A stretch of DNA of 34,094 bases, from contig JABFSC010000032.1 in the NCBI GenBank assembly GCA_013140885.1, forward strand, positions 1 to 34,094, in the 5' to 3' direction. The DNA comes from Deltaproteobacteria bacterium (lineage in GTDB: Bacteria; Desulfobacterota; Binatia; Bin18). The translations under genes and the position numbers were made by a program. Below, in pieces: positions 15,734 through 26,097 of this stretch. The notes beneath the pieces were generated by a model. The model ran no database searches. It was not told where the DNA came from and saw only the letters and a list, made by a program, of their open reading frames with translations. Every line of letters begins with the position of its first letter. The first letter of the stretch is position 1.

Positions 15734-18372
15734 CTTACGAATTCCAAGGAGTGACGTACATCCTGCTCGCGCCGGAGTGGTTGTGGCTATTGGCGGTGCT
15801 GCCACCGCTGTGGCTGCCGCTGCTGTGGCAACAACGACGGGCCGCGCTGGTGCTGGCGGCCTTGTTACGTACTGGGGCCGTAGTGCTGCTGGCCGGGGCG
15901 CTGGCGGGATTGAGCTGGCAAACCATTTTGTCCGAGCACAAACTCGCGCTGGTCGCGGCTTTGGATATATCTGACAGTGTCGCCAGCGAGGGACGGGCAT
16001 GGATGCAGGAATATCTCACCCGTCTCACGCAAACGTTGGAGCCCGCCGACGAGTTTTCCGTCTTGACCTTCGCCGCCGATGCGCAGGTGTTGATCCCGCC
16101 TGGCCCACCACCTTCATCTGGGTCAAAGACCGTGGTGCCCGCACCCGTGGAAGGGCAAGGGGGGGAGACCAACATCGCCCGCGCGCTTGAGCGGGCCTTT
16201 GCCCTGTATCCCGAAGGTGGAGAGAAGCGGCTGGTGCTGCTGACCGATGGCAATGAAACCCAGGGGCTGGCCAAGCGTGATATCGCCCTGGCACGCCGGA
16301 TGGGGGTCAAGGTCTTTCCGGTGATTCCGCCGAGTGGCCAACACCCGGAGGTTTCGCTGGAGAAATTCGTCGCCCCCCCGTTGGTGCGGGAAGGGAGTGC
16401 CTTCACCTTGCGGCTGGTGGTCCGCAACGGCAATGACAAGGCGCTGCCGGGCCAACTCACGGTTCTGGCGAATGACCAGTCGTTGACCAAGCAAGAGATC
16501 ACCATCGCGCCGGGGTTATCGGTGTTCGAGGTGCCCGCACAGATTTCGCAACGCGGCACCTATCTGTTACGTGGGCAGATCAAAGCGACCCCGGATACCA
16601 TCGCTGGGAACAATCAACAGAACGCGAGTGTCGCCGTGACCGGCAAGGTCCGCGCCTTGGTCATCACTGATAACCAGAAAACGCACCTGGCCCGCGCCCT
16701 GCAAATGAAAGAAGTGGAAGTGGAGTTCCGCCGACCAGAGGGGCTGCCGTCGCAACTTTCGGAACTGCTGGAATACAACTGCCTGGTGTTCGACGATGTG
16801 GGGCGTGGCGGCATCACGCAGCAACAGATGTCCGCCGTGGAATCCTACGTCCGCGATTTTGGTGGGGGCTTCATCATGGCGGGTGGGATGCGCGCCTTTG
16901 GTGACCTGAACTATAAGAACACCACGATCGAGCGGGTGCTGCCGGTCACCTTCCATGAACAGCGGCCCAAGAAGAAGAAGCGGACGCCGATCGCGTTGTT
17001 CATCATTGTCGATCGCTCCAACAGCATGGGGTACAACAGCAAGGTACGCGGCCTGCATGATGGGCAGAAGATGGTGTATGCGCAAAAATCGGCGATTGAA
17101 CTGCTGACGCAACTCAAGGACACCGACTACGCCGGGGCCATCGCCTTCGATTCCGAGCCGTATGAGCTGTCCCCGCTGCTGCGCCTGTCGCAGAATCGCA
17201 CGGACCTCACCAGTAAGATCGCGCGCCTTCAGTATGGTGGGGGCACGGACTTTTACGGTGCCCTGCAGAGCGCCGCCGACCAATTGAGTCAAGCGCGCGG
17301 GGTGATTCGCCACATCCTGCTCATCACCGATGGGGACTCCAACCGCGCGGCGGCGGACCACTATCCCCTGGTGGCGACCGTGGCGCAGAGGCAGATCACG
17401 CTCACCACCATCCGCATCGGGTCCGATACCGTCAACCTGCAACTGCTCTCCGACATGTCGAAACGGACGGGGGGGCGCTTCTATCACGTCGAGGATGTGG
17501 AGATGCTGCCCCAACTGCTCATCAAGGACACCAAGCAGGTCATGCGCGAGAACGATGACGAGAACGAGGACCCCAAGGAAATCCTGCCGAAAATTGGCGA
17601 GCGCGGGCAGATTCTCAGCGGGCTCAATGAGTTCCCGGCGCTTGATGAGTACATGCTCACCAAACCCAAGGACGGGGCGGAGGTGCAGTTGTACACCGAT
17701 GTCCACAAGGACCACGACCCGCTGCTCGCCACCTGGCAATATGGGCTCGGCAAAGTGGTGGTGGTGGCGTTCGATCCCAGTGGCAGCAGTTCCATTGAAT
17801 GGATTCAATGGGAGGGGTTCAGCAAATTTTGGTCACAAGCGGTGCGCTGGGCGATTCGTGACGAGACGCCGTGGGACTATCGGCTGAGCGCCTACCAGCG
17901 GGGGGATCGGACCATTTTGCAAGCCGAGTCCTATGATACGGATGAGGACAGCCTGTTGCAGATTCGCCTGCCGCGCGGGGCGCAGAACGATGAATTGACG
18001 TTGTTGCCCGTGGCCCCTCGGGTCTATGAAGCGACGATTCCTGGGAAGCGGCAGGGGAGTTTCTCGGTGGTGCTGCTGAAACGCAAGGATGGGAAAGTTA
18101 TTAACCAGAAGAACGAGACGGTGATGGTCAGCCGTCTGCCTGGGGAGGCGCTGGACGAGTATCGACAACAACACGCGAACCGCGATCTGCTGCGCGCGCT
18201 GGCGGACGGCACGGGTGGGCGGATCGACCCGGACATGCAGGAACTGGTGTCGCAAAAACGAGAGGGGCAAAAGAAGCTGCTGCATCCGCTCGACAGTTAT
18301 CTCATCACCATCGCGCTCTTTCTGTTGTTGAGTGACATCGCGGTGCGTGTGTTTTTCGGCCCTCCGACCTAA
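15730..18372 (+). CDS. Large membrane protein with two VWA domains and glutamine-amidotransferase-like (class I GATase fold) regions
   Basis: ATGA overlap with the upstream stop (15730-15733), with GAGGAG at 15721-15726. It has a BatA_N-like double-TM N-terminus, VWA1 with ALDISDSV and LLTDGNETQG, and VWA2 with IIVDRSNSM, YGGGTDF and LLITDGDS. GATase-like stretches are RALVITDN...YNCLVFDDVG...GGGFIMAGG and VVVVAFDPSG...WEGFSKFW. A C-terminal TM is present. The track start 15688 is an extension. Confidence 0.85.
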   Translation: MTYEFQGVTYILLAPEWLWLLAVLPPLWLPLLWQQRRAALVLAALLRTGAVVLLAGALAGLSWQTILSEHKLALVAALDISDSVASEGRAWMQEYLTRLTQTLEPADEFSVLTFAADAQVLIPPGPPPSSGSKTVVPAPVEGQGGETNIARALERAFALYPEGGEKRLVLLTDGNETQGLAKRDIALARRMGVKVFPVIPPSGQHPEVSLEKFVAPPLVREGSAFTLRLVVRNGNDKALPGQLTVLANDQSLTKQEITIAPGLSVFEVPAQISQRGTYLLRGQIKATPDTIAGNNQQNASVAVTGKVRALVITDNQKTHLARALQMKEVEVEFRRPEGLPSQLSELLEYNCLVFDDVGRGGITQQQMSAVESYVRDFGGGFIMAGGMRAFGDLNYKNTTIERVLPVTFHEQRPKKKKRTPIALFIIVDRSNSMGYNSKVRGLHDGQKMVYAQKSAIELLTQLKDTDYAGAIAFDSEPYELSPLLRLSQNRTDLTSKIARLQYGGGTDFYGALQSAADQLSQARGVIRHILLITDGDSNRAAADHYPLVATVAQRQITLTTIRIGSDTVNLQLLSDMSKRTGGRFYHVEDVEMLPQLLIKDTKQVMRENDDENEDPKEILPKIGERGQILSGLNEFPALDEYMLTKPKDGAEVQLYTDVHKDHDPLLATWQYGLGKVVVVAFDPSGSSSIEWIQWEGFSKFWSQAVRWAIRDETPWDYRLSAYQRGDRTILQAESYDTDEDSLLQIRLPRGAQNDELTLLPVAPRVYEATIPGKRQGSFSVVLLKRKDGKVINQKNETVMVSRLPGEALDEYRQQHANRDLLRALADGTGGRIDPDMQELVSQKREGQKKLLHPLDSYLITIALFLLLSDIAVRVFFGPPT

Positions 18373-18453
18373 TTGGATATCCCGCGTAGGGTTTGCAATA
18401 CAATCCAATTTCTTCCCATCTTCGTACCTGTAGTGAAGAAAGAAGGAAGAAGT

Positions 18454-19056
18454 ATGATTGGCTCTTACCCTACCACGGACATTCTTCTTGCCAGTACGCC
18501 TCCCGACGACGATACCCGGGTTCGCTTGCGCGCGTATCGACAACACGCTCTCGCCCGTACCGAGCGTGGGGTTTCTGAACGTGTTATTTTTGTTGAGAAA
18601 TTACGAGAAGCCCTGGAACGCCCCTCGCGGTCCGCGCCCGGCTTTGCTCTGCTTCTTGTCCATATTCATACCGTGCTCCTCCGCAACGAGCCCCACGGGT
18701 TTCCAACTGACAGGTACGTGATTGACGCGGTCGCCGCCAAGCTCCGTCGTGGATTGCGCGCGGCTGATTTGCTCGTCCGCTCCGGAAAACAGGGCTTTGT
18801 CGTGTTTCTCGCGAAAGCCTCCGCGGCTGGCGCGAAGGCAGCGGCGGCCAGACTGACCGCGACCATCCACGACACGGATTTCATCCATGAATCGGTGGCT
18901 TTTCAGGTCAACATGGGTGTGACGGTTGCTCCCGTGCAGGCCGAGGATACCGTGGACACGCTCCTCGATCGAGCAGACCGTTTTCTCCTGGAATGGCGGA
19001 GCGAGGAGGAGCTGCTCCGTGATTATCCATTGCAGTCACAAGTGACCGGGGGATGA
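18454..19056 (+). CDS. Stand-alone degenerate GGDEF domain protein (catalytically inactive; RxxD I-site retained)
   Basis: FALLLVHIHTVLLRNEPHGFPTDRYVIDAVAAKLRRGLRAADLLVRSGKQGFVVFLA aligns residue-for-residue with the GGDEF core as I recall it from PleD (SALLIDIDFFKKINDTFGHDIGDEVLREFALRLASNVRAIDLPCRYGGEEFVVIMP). GGEEF is replaced by GKQGF (SGKQGF at 18781-18798, aligning with YGGEEF) and the metal Asp DID by HIH. RAAD (18757-18768) sits in the I-site position. The C-terminal TVDTLLDRADRFLLE matches the usual ..LL.RAD.ALY.AK. Start chosen at ATG 18454 (GAAGGAAG upstream); the track start 18373 is an extension. Confidence 0.7.
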   Translation: MIGSYPTTDILLASTPPDDDTRVRLRAYRQHALARTERGVSERVIFVEKLREALERPSRSAPGFALLLVHIHTVLLRNEPHGFPTDRYVIDAVAAKLRRGLRAADLLVRSGKQGFVVFLAKASAAGAKAAAARLTATIHDTDFIHESVAFQVNMGVTVAPVQAEDTVDTLLDRADRFLLEWRSEEELLRDYPLQSQVTGG

Positions 19057-19183
19057 CTCATCCCCTGACGGGCAGCGAGCGCTTGCCGTCGGAATGCAAT
19101 AAGGGTAGCAGTTATGACATCTTCTTTGCGCACTGGGACAATCGCTGCTGAATGTGCCACATGGACAGATAAGGAGAACGATA

Positions 19184-19786
19184 ATGAAACGCACCTATAT
19201 TACTACAGCTTTGATCGGCTTATTGGGAATAACCGTGGGGGAGAGCCGAGCCCAAGACGTGCGGGATTTCACCACGCGCCAGCCAAGCAGTCAGGAATTG
19301 GTTGAAACCCTGCGACCACGGACCCGTGGGATCGCGATAGCGCCCGTGGCGATCTCGGGAGCTGGGAGTTGCGAGGCGTACCGGCGCACACGTGGCGTGA
19401 CGCCGGTCGCGGACATCGCGGCCCTCCACGTGACCTTCGCGTTCAATTCGGCCGAGATCAGTCCAGAGTCCGTCCCGCTGTTGAAGAATTTAGGAGAAGC
19501 CCTCAAGAGCGCTGAGTTACGCGCGAGTTGCATGCGGATCGAAGGGCATACGGATAGCAAAGGCAGTGACGCGTACAACTTGTCACTGTCGCAACGACGG
19601 GCACAGAGTGTGATCCGCTATCTCTCGAAATCCCTTAGTGTTGAAGAGGACCGTCTCCTTCCCGCCGGCAAAGGCGAAACCGAGCCGATTGCTGACAACG
19701 ACACGGACGCCGGGCGGCAAAAAAACCGGCGCGTGCAGATTCTGAATATCGGCTATGCCAAAGCGGAGACTCAAGGCAAGAACTAG
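19184..19786 (+). CDS. OmpA/MotB-family peptidoglycan-binding protein with signal peptide
   Basis: FAFNSAEISPESVPLLKNLGEAL...RIEGHTDSKGSDAYNLSLSQRRAQSVIRYL...GKGETEPIADNDTDAGRQKNRRVQI is a canonical OmpA_C domain. Signal peptide MKRTYITTALIGLLGITVGESRAQ. AAGGAG at 19171-19176. Confidence 0.9.
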   Translation: MKRTYITTALIGLLGITVGESRAQDVRDFTTRQPSSQELVETLRPRTRGIAIAPVAISGAGSCEAYRRTRGVTPVADIAALHVTFAFNSAEISPESVPLLKNLGEALKSAELRASCMRIEGHTDSKGSDAYNLSLSQRRAQSVIRYLSKSLSVEEDRLLPAGKGETEPIADNDTDAGRQKNRRVQILNIGYAKAETQGKN

Positions 19787-19819
19787 CCTCCTCGTAAAAA
19801 ACACCCGCAGTTCCTGGAA

Positions 19820-19848
19820 GGGCAGCCCAACGCGGCTGCCCTTTTTTT
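19820..19848 (+). terminator. Rho-independent terminator after the OmpA-like gene
   Basis: Perfect 8-bp GC-rich stem gggcagcc (19820-19827) / ggctgccc (19834-19841), a 6-nt loop, then a run of 7 T (19842-19848). Confidence 0.85.
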
Positions 19849-19938
19849 GTTCCTGCGTTCATTCAGCCCGGAGCAATAAAATCCGCGAGTTTTTCCTCTT
19901 TTCTTTGTAACGTAACGTCACATCAAGGGAGAACAATC

Positions 19939-20397
19939 ATGGAAATGGTATTCAGCAAACAACAGAAAGAAGGAACAACACTGAAAGCTCGCGCTGGCGT
20001 ATGGGTGGTCGCGGTTCTATTCATGGTGGCTGGCTGCGCGCAGCCCATGAACAAACGTGAAAAAGGCTTCCTGATTGGTGGTGGCATGGGAGCGGCGACC
20101 GGAGCCATTATCGGTGCCGCGGTCGGTAACCCTGGAGCAGGCGCGGCAATCGGTGGCGCGATGGGTGCCCTTGGTGGTGGCCTTATTGGGGACCAACTGC
20201 ATGGACAAGAAGTCCAACAGGAGGAACAGCAAAAGGCGATGACCATGCAACAACGGGAACTGCAACAACAACGCCTCGAACTGGAACAAATGAAAAAAGA
20301 ACGCGAAGAGATGAAAAAAGAGCGGCAAGAGCGCGAAATCGAAGACCTGCGCGCCGAGTTAGATGAACTGCGGAGCAGTCGTCGCAGTCGAAGATAG
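19939..20397 (+). CDS. Lipoprotein with glycine-zipper segment and C-terminal coiled coil
   Basis: Lipobox FMVAGC. Glycine zipper GGGMGAATGAIIGAAVGNPGAGAAIGGAMGALGGGLIG. Glu/Gln/Lys/Arg-rich helical tail. AAGGGAGA at 19925-19932 precedes the ATG. Confidence 0.75.
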   Translation: MEMVFSKQQKEGTTLKARAGVWVVAVLFMVAGCAQPMNKREKGFLIGGGMGAATGAIIGAAVGNPGAGAAIGGAMGALGGGLIGDQLHGQEVQQEEQQKAMTMQQRELQQQRLELEQMKKEREEMKKERQEREIEDLRAELDELRSSRRSRR

Positions 20398-20685
20398 CCT
20401 CCCTCTCGGTTCAGACCCTCTCAAACATTTAACTCCTACCCCCCCTCTACCCGCCGGGACGGTCGACAAACCCCCTCGGCGGTTTCAAATCTTTAATCAC
20501 CCGCGATGTCCTCATCTATTGTCTCCTCGTAACAAATGGCAAGGGGACAATCAGCGCAAGCGAGAAAGTTCGAGACGCTTTCCACACCCCAAATGTAATT
20601 GAAGCGTATGCCCTGACTATTGGGTTGCACAGGAAGCCACGGCCCGCTACACAAGAACACCTTCACGATACTAAGGCAGAAGCGA

Positions 20686-22592
<1,907 letters not shown>

Positions 22593-22645
22593 ACACGCGC
22601 GAGACATACGGTGAGCATCCCCACCACCCAGGGAAAACGAGCATC

Positions 22646-23224
22646 TTACCGTGGGTCTTCTCCGTTCTCTTTTCCCGCTGCGATTTCCTGTAGCGCTTTT
22701 TGCTCATTGGCGAGCATTTCGGTAAAAGCCTCGGCCTCAGCGGCACGATAGCGGGCGAGCGCGGCGGAAAGTTTTTCGGTTCCTTCTTTCTTCCCTAACT
22801 CGGTGAGCGCCTCGCCCACCCAGGTCAGATGCCAATCTTCATCCACGCGCATCTCGTGCAGGGCTTTCAGCGTATCCGCATCCACATCTGGACGAGTCGC
22901 GTGTTCTTCGTAGCGCTTCCCGGAGCGTTCTTCGACGACGTAGGTTAAGGCGAGCAACTCAAGCAAGGTGGCGGGCACGCCCGCCTTACGGCGCAGGTGG
23001 CGATGATACCCATCCTCAATGCGAACCGGTGCGCCGCCGAGCGCGTGAATGCGCTCGGTCCAGAGCCAGGCATGATTCGTTTCGTCCGCCAGATGGCGAG
23101 CGAGGTTGGTTTGCAACTCCGCGGTGTCGGGTCGGTTGATGAGTCGCAGGATCAAATCCGCTCCGCGTAACTCCGCGTCGCGGTAGTAGCTGAACAGGAG
23201 AATATCGTACGCTTTTTTATTCAT
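22646..23224 (-). CDS. Ferritin-like diiron four-helix-bundle protein of unknown function
   Basis: The pattern E / ExxH / E / ExxH is spread over four predicted helices: DAELRG, LADETNH, VVEERSG, RVDEDWH. Confidence 0.65.
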   Translation of the reverse strand: MNKKAYDILLFSYYRDAELRGADLILRLINRPDTAELQTNLARHLADETNHAWLWTERIHALGGAPVRIEDGYHRHLRRKAGVPATLLELLALTYVVEERSGKRYEEHATRPDVDADTLKALHEMRVDEDWHLTWVGEALTELGKKEGTEKLSAALARYRAAEAEAFTEMLANEQKALQEIAAGKENGEDPR

Positions 23225-23307
23225 GTTGATGTCTACCAGGTGTGAAGTCTTACACTGTCACTGATAGCCTGGCAACCGAGAACGGGGAGGGGAGGGAGCT
23301 GAGGGAT

Positions 23308-23353
23308 TTTCAGGTTCCCTCTCCCGGCTGGGAGAGGGCTAAGGTGAAGGGGA
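23308..23353. repeat. Repeat family A copy 2: REP-like hairpin element
   Basis: tttcaggtt ccctctccc ggct gggagaggg ctaaggtgaagggga. The 9-bp stem (23317-23325 / 23330-23338) is identical to the copy at 3570-3591. It again lies between two co-directional minus-strand genes. Confidence 0.85.
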
Positions 23354-23387
23354 CCAAAATGATGACCGATGATGCTGACACGGGTGA

Positions 23388-23918
23388 CTAGGACTCTTCG
23401 CCGTCTTCGTTGGCGATCACGGTGTCGAGGTCAATAATCTCAGCCTCTTCGTGGTCAAGCAGGTCCTCGTGTTCCTCACTTTCCTCGTGCCCAGCGAAGA
23501 GCGTCCCCGCGGGTTTGCGCTTCTGCGGCTGCCCCCAGGCGCGTTCCCGCCAATGTCCACTGGGCAGCGGCTCATGTAAGCGTGTGTAGTAGGCCATTAA
23601 TGCCTCTTGCGAATCCGCCCGCCCAAACATCATATCTCCCACGCGCAGCTCCCAGCCAGGGCGCATTTTGCCATCTGGTCCCGTGAAAGAGCACGGGACA
23701 AAGGTGAAAGCCGACTGGTCGCCCTCTTGTTTATTATAGGAAGGAGGGCGCTGCCCCTCTTTTGGGAGGGCAGGTGCTTCTTCCTGCCCGTGCCGGGCAT
23801 TCTTTCCTCTGCGACTGGGTTCTTGCGTGCGTGTCGCGGCCTTACGGATTTTTGCTTGCTGCTCTATTTTCGTGACACGGGCGCGGGTCTCGACCGTTTT
23901 GCTTTTTTGTACGCGCAT
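23388..23918 (-). CDS. Hypothetical protein with basic N-terminus and acidic C-terminal tail
   Basis: Open frame 23388..23954. I favour the ATG at complement 23916-23918 (MRVQKSK...), which has an AAGG-like sequence upstream, over M1 at 23954. I recognise no family. It has a Lys/Arg-rich N-terminal third, a core FTFVPCSFTGPDGKMRPGWELRVGDMMFGR, and the tail EESEEHEDLLDHEEAEIIDLD. Confidence 0.5.
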   Translation of the reverse strand: MRVQKSKTVETRARVTKIEQQAKIRKAATRTQEPSRRGKNARHGQEEAPALPKEGQRPPSYNKQEGDQSAFTFVPCSFTGPDGKMRPGWELRVGDMMFGRADSQEALMAYYTRLHEPLPSGHWRERAWGQPQKRKPAGTLFAGHEESEEHEDLLDHEEAEIIDLDTVIANEDGEES

Positions 23919-23966
23919 ACACCTTATCCCCTCGGACAATTCTCGGAGGACCATGTCACCAGACGT

Positions 23967-23995
23967 CGATTGGTCGAGCGAAGATCAACCAATCG
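23967..23995. promoter_or_regulatory. Inverted repeat in the divergent typA / hypothetical-gene intergenic region (possible operator or 5'-UTR hairpin)
   Basis: cgattggt (23967-23974) / accaatcg (23988-23995), a perfect 8-bp inverted repeat with a 13-nt spacer. Confidence 0.2.
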
Positions 23996-24165
23996 TCCCT
24001 CCATGTGCTCTGCATCGGCGAGCAGTGCAAAAGCTTTAGTCTCATCACGCCTCTTCCGCCCCTACTGACTTTATTCAGTAAATTCGGCACAATGAGCAAA
24101 TCTTACAAGCACCGTAACAAGGCCGGAGTTCTCTGGCCCTTTTTCCCTTCCTAAGGAGGAGTATT

Positions 24166-25998
24166 TTGCAGAACGGCACGTCCCGGCGCGACGATATTCG
24201 TAACGTCGCCATTATCGCCCACGTAGACCACGGAAAAACGACCCTGATCGACGCCCTCTTACGCCAAAGCGGCACCTTTCGCGCCAAGGAACATGTTGTT
24301 GATCGTGTGATGGACTCGTTCGCCCTGGAACGGGAACGTGGCATTACCATTTTGGCGAAGAATGCTTCGCTGACCTACCACGGCATCAAGATCAATTTCG
24401 TGGATACCCCAGGCCACGCGGACTTTGGCGGTGAAGTCGAACGGGCGCTCGCCATGGTCGATGGTGTGATGCTGCTGGTCGATGCCTCGGAAGGTCCGCT
24501 CCCGCAAACCCGCTTCGTGCTCAAGAAAGCCCTCGAGGCGCATTTGTCCCCGATTGTCTGTATCAACAAGATTGATCGCCCAGACGCGCGCATCGCCGAG
24601 GTGCTCGACGAAGTCTACGACCTGTTCATTGATCTCGATGCCAGCGACGCACAGCTTGAGTTTCCCGTGGTCTACACCAATGCGCGCGCGGGGATCGCGA
24701 AACTGTCGCTTGACGTGGAGTCGGAAGATTTACGTCCGCTCTTCGACATGATCGTGAGCGCGCTGCCCGGCCCAGCCAATAATCCCGACGGCATTGTCCA
24801 ATTCCAGGTCAATAATCTGGATTACAACGATTACGTCGGCCGCCTAGCGATTGGCCGCATTGTCAGCGGCGTGCTCCACTCGAGTACGATCTATAGTCTT
24901 TGTCGTCTCGATGGCACGCAGGTGCCGTGCAAAGTCACCCAAGTCTACACCTGGCAGGGGCTCAAACGGGTGGAGATCGAGAGCGCCAAGGCGGGCGATG
25001 TCGTGGCCATCGCGGGCATTGAGGAAATCCAAATCGGCGAGACCATCTCTGATCGCGAGAACCCCCAGGCACTGCCGGCCATTCGCGTGGATGAGCCGAC
25101 CATCTCCATGATCTTTGGCGTCAACACGTCGCCGTGGTCTGGGCGTGAAGGACAATTTGTGACCTCGCGGCGATTGCGCGAACGCTTAGGCGCGGAATCG
25201 CGCAAGAATGTCAGCCTCAAGATCGAGGACATGGATTCGCCCGACTCCTTTCGCGTCATGGGACGTGGAGAACTCCAGTTGGCCATTCTCATCGAGACCA
25301 TGCGTCGGGAAGGTTACGAGATGCAGGTCTCGAAGCCGACGGTGGTGACCAAGCAAATCGACGGCAAGCTGCAAGAGCCGATGGAATTGCTGCTGGTCGA
25401 TGTGCCGGAAGAATACATTGGCGTGGTGTCGCAACTGCTCGCCGTGCGCAAGGGCGTGATGAAGAAAATGGAGCACACCGGATCGGGCCGGGTGCGGTTG
25501 GAATTCTCGGTGCCGTCGCGTGGATTGATCGGGTTCCGCTCCCACTTCCTCACCGATACCCGTGGCACCGGGATCATCAACGCCTTATTCAATGGCTACG
25601 AGCCGTGGCACGGTGCGATCCAGAGTCGGGTCAATGGCGCGCTGGTATCCGACCGCGAAGGCGTGGCCGTGCCCTACGCGCTCTTTCATCTGCAAGAGCG
25701 GGGCATCCTTTTTCTGCCGCCGAGCACGCCGGTCTATGAAGGCATGGTGGTGGGCGAGTATTCGCGCAACCGGGACCTGGATGTGAATGCCTGCAGAGAA
25801 AAGAAACTGACCAACATGCGGGCGTCGGGTCGTGATGAAAACATTCAACTGAGCCCACCGCGCCTCATGGGACTCGAAGATGGGTTGGAGTGGATTTCCG
25901 ATGAGGAGTTGGTGGAAGTGACGCCGAAGAACATTCGGCTGCGCAAGAAGGTGCTGCAACAGCATCTGCGACCGAAGCGCAAGGACGTGGAGGAGTAG
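24166..25998 (+). CDS. typA: Translational GTPase TypA/BipA
   Basis: [28 protein letters not shown] (G1), [18 protein letters not shown] (G3) and CINKIDRP (G4), with full-length collinearity to BipA including the C-terminal ...[15 protein letters not shown] start at 24166 with AAGGAGG at 24153-24159. Confidence 0.97.
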   Translation: MQNGTSRRDDIRNVAIIAHVDHGKTTLIDALLRQSGTFRAKEHVVDRVMDSFALERERGITILAKNASLTYHGIKINFVDTPGHADFGGEVERALAMVDGVMLLVDASEGPLPQTRFVLKKALEAHLSPIVCINKIDRPDARIAEVLDEVYDLFIDLDASDAQLEFPVVYTNARAGIAKLSLDVESEDLRPLFDMIVSALPGPANNPDGIVQFQVNNLDYNDYVGRLAIGRIVSGVLHSSTIYSLCRLDGTQVPCKVTQVYTWQGLKRVEIESAKAGDVVAIAGIEEIQIGETISDRENPQALPAIRVDEPTISMIFGVNTSPWSGREGQFVTSRRLRERLGAESRKNVSLKIEDMDSPDSFRVMGRGELQLAILIETMRREGYEMQVSKPTVVTKQIDGKLQEPMELLLVDVPEEYIGVVSQLLAVRKGVMKKMEHTGSGRVRLEFSVPSRGLIGFRSHFLTDTRGTGIINALFNGYEPWHGAIQSRVNGALVSDREGVAVPYALFHLQERGILFLPPSTPVYEGMVVGEYSRNRDLDVNACREKKLTNMRASGRDENIQLSPPRLMGLEDGLEWISDEELVEVTPKNIRLRKKVLQQHLRPKRKDVEE

Positions 25999-26097
25999 AA
26001 GGTGGGGGCGGAGAAACGGGGCATGGGAGAATCCGGGGAATGAAAATCCGCGGACTGCTCCCATGACACCGAAGCGCCACGCGAGGGATGGCACCCC

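Noticed and set aside
19906-19922. Imperfect palindrome tgtaacgt-a-acgtcaca upstream of the glycine-zipper lipoprotein gene as a transcription-factor operator
   Set aside because: It matches only 7 of 8 positions per half-site, is a single occurrence, and has no cognate regulator nearby. That is too weak to call as a feature.
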